The position numbers were made by a program, and so were the translations under genes. From Moniliella sp. 'wahieum' (lineage: Eukaryota), in the NCBI GenBank assembly GCA_003971905.1, contig RSEE01000081.1, positions 248,001 to 312,000 of the forward strand: DNA of 64,000 nucleotides. The letters run 5' to 3'. Numbering within the stretch: position 1 is the first letter of the stretch; each line of letters begins with the position of its first letter. Below are positions 50,758 through 61,722 of this stretch, one piece after another. The notes beneath the pieces were generated by a model. That model did not search any database, was not told the origin of the DNA, and was given only the letters and a program-made list of their open reading frames with translations.

Positions 50758-53700
50758 TCACCCGAGCAAGGCACGGAATTTGTCCTGGTTGGATTTACGA
50801 GGGGGAGCATCAACTGCGGGGCGGGGGCACGTCCATCGAGTCACCCTGATCCGGAACCGAGGAGGGAGGAGGCAGCGTCTGCGTCCGCGGCGGGTTCTGG
50901 GCCTGAGGTCGAGGTCGCGTGGTGCGGGGAGCAAATGCCGTGGCCGACGTGGGTGGAGGAGGGCGTGACCCAGATGCAGTGGCCCGCACGCTGGATCTGC
51001 CTCCACCTTGCCGACCCTGCTCCAGGGAGGAGAGGATCAGAGGCTGATCGTCGTACATCACCTGTGGGGCCAACAGGGCCTGACCAGCCGCCTGGGCTGT
51101 GATCAGTTCAACAACTGCTGTGTTCGACCCAGGGCTATACTCGACCTTGCGGACAGAATTCAGTCCAAGGAGGTGCTCGAACGTTTGTTGGACCAGCGCC
51201 TCTTGGGCATTGCTGGGCAACCGGCAACGTGAACGGCGCGCGAACGGAATCCCTGCCCTCCACGTGGCGTTTGCTGGTGCTTCTTTCCCGGGTCGGCCAT
51301 AGTAGCCTTCAAGGTTCGGCTCTGCACTTCGAGCCCATTCAGCTGGGCTAAGGCCTTGTGCGCGTCCAAGGCGGTCCGGAAGTCGGCAAAAGCAATCCCA
51401 GGCCGAGGAACTCGCACGGCAAGGAGGTCCCCATGCACAGCAAACAGTTCCCTCACCTCGTCTACTGTCATATGGTGCGGCAGACCCGCCACATACACTT
51501 CCCGTTCCGAGGCATTCGCATCCGAGCGCACCTTGCGCCGCTCAGGGTCCGAAAGAGCTACCGTCAACCGGTTGAGCTCTGAGAGCTGCCGCCCATTCGC
51601 GCTTAACGAGCGGCTTGCCCCTTGAGCTGTAGCCATCTCCACATAACAGAAACGGCGTGAGGAGGCAAAGCGTCTTGAGGGCCAACGGGTGTCCAATACA
51701 TCCCCAAATTCGGAAAAGAGAGACGTGATGTCCGTGTTAGTGTAGGTATCTGGGAAGTTGGTCACATAGAGTGTGCAATCCCTGCTGACAGATACATGGA
51801 CCGGACCTGTAGTCCCACCCGCCACGGGGATCCGTTTTTGGTCTCGAGTCAAGGCTGTGGGGATCGCCCCTCGATCAGAAAAGACGACCGTGCCTGCCCA
51901 GTTTCCGCTAGCCAAAGCACGCGGACCCACCACATCACTGATGGTGCCACACCCTTTGAACAATGTTCGTAGCTCGTCTGTCGGAGGGGGGGGTTCTGCA
52001 ACGCTAGACGAGACGACCACAGAAGTGTTCTCCCGGTCGGGGTTAGAGTGAAGTCCGCCACTTTGGGCTTAGGCTTGGGCCGAGCCATCTCCTCAGCTCC
52101 ACGAGGTGCCTGACCCGGTGCAGCTGTTGGATCGGTACTAGCGAGGCCCAGTGCAGCCTCGTCTGCTGTACGTTTGCTGCCCGTACGGACATGGGACGCA
52201 GTCGAGGATGGGGTGGTCTCGAAGCTAGGCGGAGGAACTGCCGCAGTCTGGGCTGTGGAGGGAACAGTGGTAGCAGTAGACTCCGTAGCAACCGGGGCAG
52301 CTGCTTCATATGCCTGGGCTTGGTATGACGAATAGTACTGCTCCCATGCCTTTTGGGTTTCGCGTTTAGACCGTGCCAGGGCGTACTCGAGATCCGACAA
52401 TGTCCCATGAACTTGCTCAAAGGCGACCCAGGCGTCGAGCAGACGAGACTGGTCCTCGGTGACAATACGCGAGCCTCGCTTGTAGATGTGGCGTGCCTCG
52501 TCCAGCATTCCTACACGCGTAAAGTACTCGGCAGCAGTCACCTGAGCCCGGCACTGAGTCCGCTGCGCATTTGCTACCTCCTTCCACACAGTGTTGGCCA
52601 TCAGAGCCGTATCAGGGCCAAAGAGCTCACACCAACTCGAGTAAAATCGCTCTAACCGCAGCTCCGGATCTGTACCCGCTTTGCCCCCGCCTTGCCCTTG
52701 GGGAGAAGGCGAGCCTTGCCCAGCTCCAGCGCATGGGAGGTTACTTCCTCCACACGGACGAATGTTTCAAGCTCTTCAGCTAGCTTCACTTCAGTGATAG
52801 GCACTCCCTGAGTCTGAGCCAGATCAATCAAAGCCAGCTGCTTCTCGGCCACACAACGACCCAGAAGCAGGGTAGCGAAAGGAGCCGGGCCCCGCTTGGC
52901 TACTTGTCGTAGGTCCAAAGCAGTCTGGAACGTTGCTTCCACCACTTCAAAAGGCTGCCACAGACGCGTTTGGGTCCGCAGCAAGAACGCCCACAAAGTC
53001 CCACTCCCCGGCATCGCGCGTAGAGCTTCGGTGTAGATATCCAATTCCTCCGCTGGGGATGCATCCTGGCCGTGGATAGCGTGGAAAGAAAGATAATCCT
53101 CCCACATCCCCTCGGCAGTGGCAAACGCCGAGTCCAACTCAGTCGCTGCGGCCGCCTTGACCTCAGGGTTCTTGGCCTGACGTCCTTGCTCGTACTCGGG
53201 GGTAGGTGGTGCCTGCTCTGCTCGGGTCAAGGTCGGTGGCAAGCCCACAAGAGCTAGCACCCGACGGTAAAGTACGACGGCTTGCTCGATCACAGGATTG
53301 GATCGGTCCGTAACCGTAACAAGGTATTTCGTCAATTGGGTAAGCTCCTCGTAGGATACTCCTTGAGTTCCCCTAGGATCAGAGGTAGTGGCAAAGATTC
53401 CTCGGAGTGATTCTTCTTGGGCCCGGACTCGGTTGGCATGCTCTACCGCGGCGGCACCCGCCGTAGCAGCAGCAGCCATGAGAGACTCGTATTTTTCCGA
53501 GTCAAAGAAGGTGGTAACAAATTCGCTCATCATGGACATGGTGAGGGGGCGTTGTTCATGAGCCACGGCGGCCCGTGCTTTGAACGCGCGCAGGACACGG
53601 TCCCGCTGCTCGGTGTCCCCGCGGATACGGAAATAAGCCATCTCGAAGGAGAGGTACATGAGAAAGATGGCTTGACTGTTGACTGCATCATGCGCGATTC

Positions 53701-54469
53701 GAGAATATGCGGTCCAGAGACGTTCCCGCACCGCCGGCTCCCCAAGAAGGGACTCATACTCGACGAGAATATCGTCCGACCCTTGCTCTTGCGCCTTGGT
53801 TGCCACCTCGATCAGGCTGGGAACGGCAGGCAAAGAGGGCGCGACATACGTCCAGGCACCTGACTTGGTAGATTGAAGTACAGCCCCACCCACAAGCCCT
53901 GTCTGCTCTTGAAGCACATCCACTGTCGGCACACCCTCGTTGATCGGCGCAGGCACCGATTCGTGCATCGCCTCGTCTGCCCCGAGCCCGGTGGTACCGT
54001 TGAAAAGTCCCCAGACATCGGTACCAGAGTAAGTACTGTGCCAATGAAGAAGAAGAGAGGCAAAACGCGCGTGGGCCGCAGCGTCCATACCAGAGCCGGC
54101 CTGCGTGGCGCGGTCGTGGATCTGGAGCACCGCCTCCAGTTGCGCGGCGGGGATGACGGTCAATGAGGCCGTACGCTGCTCGTGAGCCACCCGTGAAAGG
54201 GAGTAGGTCGAGTAGAGTGCCCACTGTGCCGGACGCAGCGCAACGTGCTGCTCCATCTGAGCAAAAGCCTGGGCCAGCTCGGTGCTAGCCGCCTGGGCGC
54301 TTGCTTCTGCCTCGAGCACCGCCTCGGCGTTACTCGATTGCATCTCAGCGCGCGCGGACAAGAGCTTGGCCTGCAGGGATCGCACCCACAACGCATATCC
54401 GCGCGCATCGTTTTGCTCCACCTCGGACGGCTGGTCGTCGGATGCGTTCTGCCCTCGCTTCGGCGGCAT
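50758..54469 (-). CDS. PRP24: U4/U6 snRNP recycling factor Prp24/SART3-like (helical-repeat N-terminus, RRMs, C-terminal Lsm-interaction motif); frameshifted
   Basis: HAT-like segments (LLDAWVAFEQVHGTL), RRMs TLYVTNFP...RWPS.RF.SSRRFCYVE and REVYVAGL, and C-terminal KSNQDKFRALL*. Confidence 0.88.
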
Positions 54470-54737
54470 GGTGGTGGTGGTGGCGAGGCAAGAAGCACAG
54501 GCCCTTTGAGCAATGGGTGATGCATGCATGATGTGTCGGCCGAGGTGGGGGACGGCTCTCGGGTTCAAATGTTCAACATCCATTCTCTGCCAATCAAAGA
54601 ACGATGATCGGTGGGTGACCGGCGGGCGTCTATATGGCCATCTATTAGATCTACGGAGGCAAGTTGAAGCTTGGAGCTTATATTCAGGAGATGTCGATGA
54701 GGATCGATGCAGCCGATGAAGCAGAAGGCACTCTCGC

Positions 54738-56140
54738 TTACCTCCTTCCCGCGCGGGCGTTCTTCCCCGGCCGGTTCTTCTTGCTCGAGGGAGCACGCAC
54801 GCCCGCCGTGCCCGAGATGCGGCGCTTCTTGGCCGGCCCCCCGCACCGCCCCCAAACGAAAAGTTCTCCGTCGACTCGCGCGTGTTGGCCTTGGAGTGCT
54901 TCTTCTTGCCCCCGTAGCCGTACTTGGCATCGCGCGCCGAGCGGGGCATATGCTTGCCCCCACGTCCACGCCCGCGCCCAGCCGAACCGCCGCGCACGCC
55001 GCGGGGGGGCGCTTCGCCCTCCATGACATCAGCCAACTGGATATCAAACCCATCGTCACCACCGCCCGAATGCTCTGGACAAGGCAGGAAAAGGGTCAGT
55101 CAGCACAGCGATCCTTACAGAGATGACGCCGGTTGTGTGAGGGGGAAGGGACGGGTCTACATACTGCGCTTCAGATCCTTGACCTTGTCGGCAAACTCTC
55201 GTTTTTGCTTTTGACGTTCCAACTGCTTCTCCACCTGGACCTTCTTGCCGAACTTCTTGAGCTCACGTTGACGCTTGGCCTCTTCCGACGCTTTGATTCC
55301 GGCACGCTCATCCAGCATGCGCTGGCGGACCCGCTCCATGTGCTCATCCGACTTGACCATCTCGGCAAAATAATCTTTAGGACGAATGAAGGGCACCCCA
55401 GCCTGGGCTAGGCGACGACGACCTTCCTCAGCACCGGCAAGGGCTTGTCGGTAGAACACAAGTTCCCGCTTCAAGTCATCCTCGAGGGCAGTACCAACTT
55501 CTTCCGCTACGTTCTCTGGCCAAGACATCCATCGTCTCGGTCCAGGCCAAGGGGGGGCCCTTGGCCAGCGCATTGAGCGAAATGGCCTCAGTCAAAGCCT
55601 TGAGCGCAACCACATTGTTGATCCGTACTCGGTTGTGCTTGGTAGCCAAGACAGCAGGAGATACTTCCCCTTTGATGTGGTCCAGTTCCACGTCCTCATC
55701 TTCCTCCTCGTCTTCCTCCTCGTCCTCCTCCTCGTCATCTTCCCCAGACTCGGTTGGAACGAGACCGCTGCGGAGAATGCTCTCAGCCAGGGTGGGCTTA
55801 GACATGGGCTTCTCCATGTCTTCCTCCTCCTCCTCTTCCTCCTCTGAATCACCCTCCTCCTCCTCCCATCATCCTCATCATCCTCATCCTCACCCGTAGG
55901 GAGTTCGACACCTTGCCTCTTCAGTGCAGCCATGAGGTTTTGCATCTCCTCCTCATTAATCTCCTCCTCCGAGTCATCGTTGTCGTCGTCCTCCTCCTCC
56001 TCCTCCGAATCGGCAGAATCGACATCTTGCTCCGGCTCGGGGTTCTTGGACACTTTGACAGCCTTCTTGGCAGGCTTGGCAGGCACAGCCTTCTTGCTGG
56101 GCGCGGCGGCGCGTGTGGCAGGTGCAGACTTGCGACCCAT
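54738..56140 (-). CDS. EBP2: rRNA-processing protein Ebp2; short intron near 55075-55163; frameshifted
   Basis: Acidic N-terminus, DDLKRELVFYRQAL, VPFIRPKDYFAEMVKSDEHM, RQRELKKFGKKVQVEK, RDAKYGYGGKKKHSKANT and a terminal RPGK..R motif. Confidence 0.95.
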
Positions 56141-56804
56141 GATCCGTACTCGTTGGGCAAAAAGGACTGGGGGGCTGCAAACTAAGTGGATGGGTGGAGT
56201 GTAGGTGAGCGAGTTTGCAGAGAAAACAAAAAATCAGGCCGTCGGAATGAGTATCGGCCAAGCAAATTATTCCGCCGAGGGGGCGCAACGAGGCATAAAT
56301 TGCATCAATGAGGCTCATTCCCCCGCAAGGGGTGTAGTTGGATGAAATGGAGTTTCTCGACCACATACCGTGGCAAGTACTAGAGCAGCACACAAGCCTG
56401 ACCTTGTCAAGGCCCACACAGCATATCTATAACTTGACAACTTCATGCAATAACTTGTCCTTGGACGTCTGCTCGTTGCCCTGAAAAGGTCTACGTCCCC
56501 TCTATGAGTACACTTGACAGGAGGCCAAGCTGAGCCTTGATGTATTCGGATGTGGAAGATAGGGGGGCTGCTCTCTCGAAACGAAGCATGTAAACATTTT
56601 TTGGCGAGAGGCAACATGGCACAGGTAGAGAAGGAAGATCAAATGAAGGTGGTGTGCCACAGTTGATGAGACGGGGGAAAAGAGAGTTGGTACCAATACG
56701 AGGCTGGTGGTTATATGTGTGGAGGGTATTAAATGAAAAAGCTGACGGCACAGCTGTGGCGCAACCAGAGAGCGTTCTGAGATGTTGTACAGCGCACCGC
56801 AGAT

Positions 56805-58608
56805 TTAGCCCCCCCGTGCCGCATCTGCGCTACTCTGCCCCCGAACAGGGCTGGCGGCAATGGGCTGTGGTGCCTTCTTCTCGAGCGCATACCCGTTGGG
56901 GCCAATGACCACCCCCGCCTGGCCTGGATGCCCCGTGTAGCCCGGCACTTGTTCCTCCTCTTGCGGGTGGTGGGTGTAATCCTGCATGTGCTGAGGATCC
57001 TCCTCCTCTTCAGGTTCCGACTCCTCGGCAATGTGATCATGGGCAGGGACTAGATGTTGGGGGTGAACGCCCTCATCCTCGGATTCGGTCTCGTATTCCA
57101 CTTCTTCCTCTTCCTCAGACCCATCTTGACCATAGTACGCCTCTTCCCCATCTTCCTCCTCCTCTTCCTCTTCTTCTTCTTCTTCTTCGTAATCATCATC
57201 TTCATACTCCTCCTCCGACTCGGAGCGGTACCCCACAGCACGGACCGCGGCCGGCACCGGGCCCGAGCGGTCCATTTGCTCCGACGTGGTGAGGTAGACC
57301 TTGGAGAGCTGCTTAATGTCGTTCCACCACTCCATCATCTCGGTATGACTGCGGGCGCGGAAGACATAAGCCTGTTCACCGCGCAGACTAGCCAAGGGGC
57401 TGTCGGATTTGCCGCGGTGATGCGGAACTTGTGGCTACGCGAGGCCATGGTGGACGGCGCTCCGAGTGTGCATACAGGGAGGAAGAGGGAAAGGGAGGGC
57501 TTGGGATGGCGATGCGGATCCGAAGAGGCGTGTTCATGCAAGTAGCCGGCAGGAGTAAGAACATAGAACCCCTCACGGTACGACTTGGTCAGACGACTCT
57601 TCCGTTCCAAAATACCATGGTGGACAGGGATGACCGACGGGTCGTCCTTGCCCGGATAGTCGATCGTTTCGGGGTTGCGCAGTGGAGTGTCCGGGTCTAG
57701 CAGATGGTCTGAACGAGCAGCAAACGCAATCCACTCGGCATTGGGTTGGAGGCTGCGCATCTGTACTCCAAGGGAGAGCCACGTGTCCTGCACCTGAGCC
57801 GACATGCGGCCCGACCACTCGTCAAACGTTTGCCAGGCAGACTGAATGGAACGAACGATTCCTTCTTCAAAGTGTGCTGAGTTTTGCTGCATGATGATGA
57901 TGGACTTTTGCAGAGCATTCTCCTCGTTGACCTGCTTGTGCAACTGACGATAGACGAGGGAGTTCTGGGCCCAAGGGTCCTCACGCGCTGTGACACTCAT
58001 GGGGCGTTCTTGAGGAGGGTAATCGACTTGGCCAGATCAGTGACCATCTTGGTCGACAGTTCACGCTCCTTGGCCACACTGCTGGCGAGTTTGCCCGTGT
58101 CGAGCTGGACGTTGCGAATGTGGGCCTTGATCTCGGTGCGGAGCTTCTCGAGGTGCTGGACAATGGAGCCCTCGACAGTCTTGCCCAGATTGGCGTGGTG
58201 GTCTGCGATGACACGCGTCTTGTCGCGGATGGAATAGTAGACGTCCTGGATTCCATCCTCACCGAGGAACTGGTTCCCCTCGCGGAAAGGGACTTGAATC
58301 ACACCTCCGAGCCTGGTCAGCTCGCGGGCAGTGTTGTACTCAATGTCAGCGATGCCCTCAAAGTAGGCAATGAGCTGTTTGGTAATGTGCTTCCATCCTG
58401 AAAGAAAAAAGTTAGCAGAGAGAGGGGGACAAACAAGGGTTAGGTGTGGTGGGGGTGACGTACCAGTGAAGCGCTCGATGAGCAGGTCGCTTGGCCGCAG
58501 CTCGTTGGGGCCGGTGTTCTTCTTGATGAGCGACGCGTTGCGTGAGGTGGCCGCCGAGCGGCGAGAGACGACGGAATGAGTGATGGACTGTGCGTCGTAC
58601 AGTGACAT
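56805..58608 (-). CDS. Slm1-like BAR/PH-domain protein with acidic tail; intron ~58398-58463; frameshifted; 3' end approximate
   Basis: LLIERF..WKHITKQLIAYFEGIA, DPW..N, LHKQVNEEN.L, PH domain GILERKSRLTKSYREGFYVLTPAGYLHE...P.LSLFLP.C, YVFRARSH.EMMEWW. Confidence 0.85.
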
Positions 58609-59988
58609 GGCGAGCGGGAGGGGTGGGGGTGGTGGTGGGGGGGGATGGTGGTGGGTGGGCCGGCGAGCACGCCTGCCGCGAGCGCGTCAGCGTTCAATTG
58701 AAGCTTGAAGCTTCCCTTGAAGCTTGAACGCTTGCCCTGAGGAGCAGCTGAGCGAAGGGAGTAGTGGCCCAAGCCTCCGAGCGACGCTGACCGGTGAGGG
58801 CTTGGCGTGAAGGTGGAAGGGTGACGATGATCGGCTGTGCTGCATGTGCTGCCGCGCCCTGCCCTGGCGCCGCTCTGCGCGCGGATGGCGGGCAGGCGTG
58901 GCGCCAGTGTGCATCTGCGGCGCCTGTGCTAGGCTGGGCCAGTGCGGGGCGCTCCGGCTCCGGCATGCGGGTACACTGGCGCCACGCCTGCCTGTCGGCG
59001 GCCGGCCAGGGTCTGCGACGGGGCGGCTGCGCGCCGCGGCTGCGCACAAATGCAGCTGCATGCATCCCGGCTGGCCTGGCTGGCGTCTGTGCCTGCGGAC
59101 ATCCTGGACATTTCAACCCTGGGCTTTCAATATTCAATCGGCACGGCACACTGCCCCCACACCACGCCTCTCTCAGCACCACGGGCGCAGTAGGCGGCCG
59201 TCCTGCTCCTTCGCCGAGCAGTCGGCTGTCTATAATGCCTGCCATGTCACAGGGACCACAGCTGAGCTGGACGTTTAGTTGAACATTCTACTCAGCGCAG
59301 CCTTCAAGCTGCTCTTGAAGCGTACAAAACAAGACATTCGTGTCCATCAGCGTCACCATTGATGAGATCGAGAGCACACTTCGATCCAGATGGTAATAGG
59401 TGCCAGAGCTCCCGGAGCCTTGTGGGCTGCCTGCGTCCAACCCGGGTATCGATTTCACAGACAACTTTCGCAGCTTTTGTGGGGGAGGGACTTTGCATGG
59501 ACGACCCACTTCATGCTTTCCTTATGGCCTCGATCCCTCTATGCAGGTTCTGCCAGAGATTTGGATTTAGCCCCTCGCACCCCTCCGAATTCTCTTTTCC
59601 CCGCACTTTGTCCACTCGGGGTATGCTGTGCTTCCTCATGCTAGCGTACGTCTAACCCAGTCAGGAGGCCAGCAGTGTGGAGTCTCGTCAACAGGTCCGG
59701 ACCTTCTCTCTCGCGGCAATCTCTTAGTTCCAAATCGGATGTAGAGCGAGTGGAGATGAATGAGCATGACACGCATGCGAGTTTTCAACGTTCAAGATGG
59801 TCCATCTCCACAATGAGACTCTCCAGTTAGGCCTTTCCACTGTGCTCAACCCTTGAAACGAGAGCTGTGTTGACTGGGAAGTATATGCAACACTTCTATC
59901 CCTCTTCTCTCGTCAGCCACACAACACACGCTGCTATCTTGTCATCACATCAAGTTTCGATTCCCACCGAAACCCCAAACGTCAGATC

Positions 59989-61481
59989 TTAAACCCCCCG
60001 TTGGCTCATCTGCAAAGCCAGCGCCAATTGCTCTTCTTCCGTCAGGTCGTCCAAGTCCTCTAGATCCAGGTCCACGTCTGCCTCGGGACCAAACTCGGGC
60101 TCCGGTGGGTTCTGTTCCTCAGCTGCAGGCGCAGACGAAGTAGGAGGAGCAGGAGCAGGAGCTGGAGCTGGAGCTGGAGCTGGAGCTGGAGCTGGAGCTG
60201 GAGCAGAAGCAGGAGCAGGAGCTGGAGTTGGAGGGTCTGTGGAACCTTTCCCCTGTGTACCAGAGAGCTGAAGTGCCAACGCCAACTGAGCCGCTTCGTC
60301 CGTCTTCCAGGTCCCGCAATTCGAAGTCCAAATCTTCCTCTGCCTCCTTCGCCTCTGTAGCCTGCTGTGGCACAGGCGGTACAGGCCGAAGAGTGTCGCT
60401 CGTCTCTTCTTCCGACCGTTGCCGTTTGGTTCCCCGTTCTTCTGTGTTGGTCGGGCCAAACGTACGTTTGGGAGCGAGAGGTCTCTTGCCCTCCCGACGC
60501 AAGGCCATGACGGCACGTAGAGCAGGATGATCTGGTACTGTGGGTTTCAGTCCGTTCCTCAACAGGGGGTGGGAGGGGGCATAAGATCCGGATCGCCTGG
60601 AGGAAGGAGGGCTTCTTCTTCAGGAGAAGGGTCCCTCCTTGGCCCAGCCGATGCTTCCCTTTCAGTATTGTGCATAGCTTCCTGAGCCTTGCGTTGGCGC
60701 ATGGTTCGTGTCTCTCCCACGCGGAAGGGTTGGTGTGAAACGCTTCTCGGATGTTACGAACTTTGGCTGGGCCAAAACCAGTGAGGCAGGACAACTGATC
60801 CGCCGAGGTGCGCACAATCGAGTCGAGAGAACCCAAATTGGAAGTGAGCGTAACGACATCTGTCTTGTTCACCCGGTCCACCGCGGTGAGGAGGGATTCC
60901 ATCTGTTGGCCGTACTCGGCCCTGGGGCGACCTCGGATTGCATCAGGAGGTTTCTTCTCAAAAAGCTTGTACATCTCAATGTAATTCGCAGCCTCTTCGT
61001 TGTTCCAAGCCATGACGATGACCAAATCATTGAGCAGTGCCATGCGCGAAAGCTCGCGCACATCCGTCATCGAGTCGTGCACATCATTCATCACCAGCAA
61101 CACTCGCAGCTCAAAGGATCGACCTAGTTTCTGGATCCGTTCCTGAATGTAGTACGGCTTGGCCCGATGGTACATGAGGCTGGATCGTGTCAGATAAAGC
61201 AAATGAATACATCAGAACATGAGAACAAACCTGAGAAAGAGGATCGCTGTCGTCCCCATCTGAAAATCAGGCACAATCTCTGCCATTTCCCAGCCAACTC
61301 CCTTGATTGACGATAAAAGCGGGTTCTTGCGCTGGGACTTATTGACCAGGATGGTGTTGCCTCCACCTAAGCCACGGATGATAGGCCTGGGCCTAGGCCT
61401 AGGCCGCGGCCTGTTACCAGGTGGAGCAGGTTGGTGAGAGGAAGATCCCTCGCCAGAACCAGCAGTAGGAGCGGCACTCAT
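59989..61481 (-). CDS. RAD10: DNA excision-repair protein ERCC1/Rad10/Swi10 with extended C-terminus; intron ~61180-61230; frameshifted
   Basis: ILVNKSQRKNPLL..I..V.WE...IVPDF.MG...LFL|SLMYHRAKPYYIQERIQKL, LRVLLV, AWNNEEAANYIE.YK, and HhH2 region LTAVDRVNKTDVVTL.SN.GSL...LTGFGPAKVRNI. Confidence 0.93.
60143..60228. repeat. Coding hexamer repeat (GCTGGA/GCAGGA)n encoding (PA)n in the ERCC1 tail
   Basis: Seen directly; the minus-strand ORF reads PAPAPASAPAPAPAPAP. Confidence 0.9.
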
Positions 61482-61722
61482 GGCGGTGGTGGTACAGACC
61501 CGACTGCAGCCCCAGCAACCAACCGGACTACGCACAATGGCCACAATGGCCCTGGGCAATTATCGAGGTGACTTGGTTGATTGATGACGTCGGTGCAACC
61601 TGCCAGTGATTTAATTTTTTATTTCTTTTTGATATGCAATTCCTCCATTGCGGCGCCACCAAAATTTTTCTGGGTTCTACGCCCCATCAACTCAAGCGCC
61701 TCCATCGTCGACGACCGCAACC
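61482..61722. promoter_or_regulatory. Short bidirectional promoter RAD10/NUG1 with RRPE-like motif
   Basis: Divergent ATGs about 240 bp apart. AAAATTTTTC at 61661-61670 resembles the fungal ribosome-biogenesis RRPE element. Confidence 0.5.

Noticed and set aside
52652..55036. 794-aa ORF suggesting an EBP2-PRP24 fusion
   Set aside because: Its N-terminus is the EBP2 tail shifted out of frame and running through the spacer. EBP2 has its own stop (~54738) and PRP24 its own ATG (54469).
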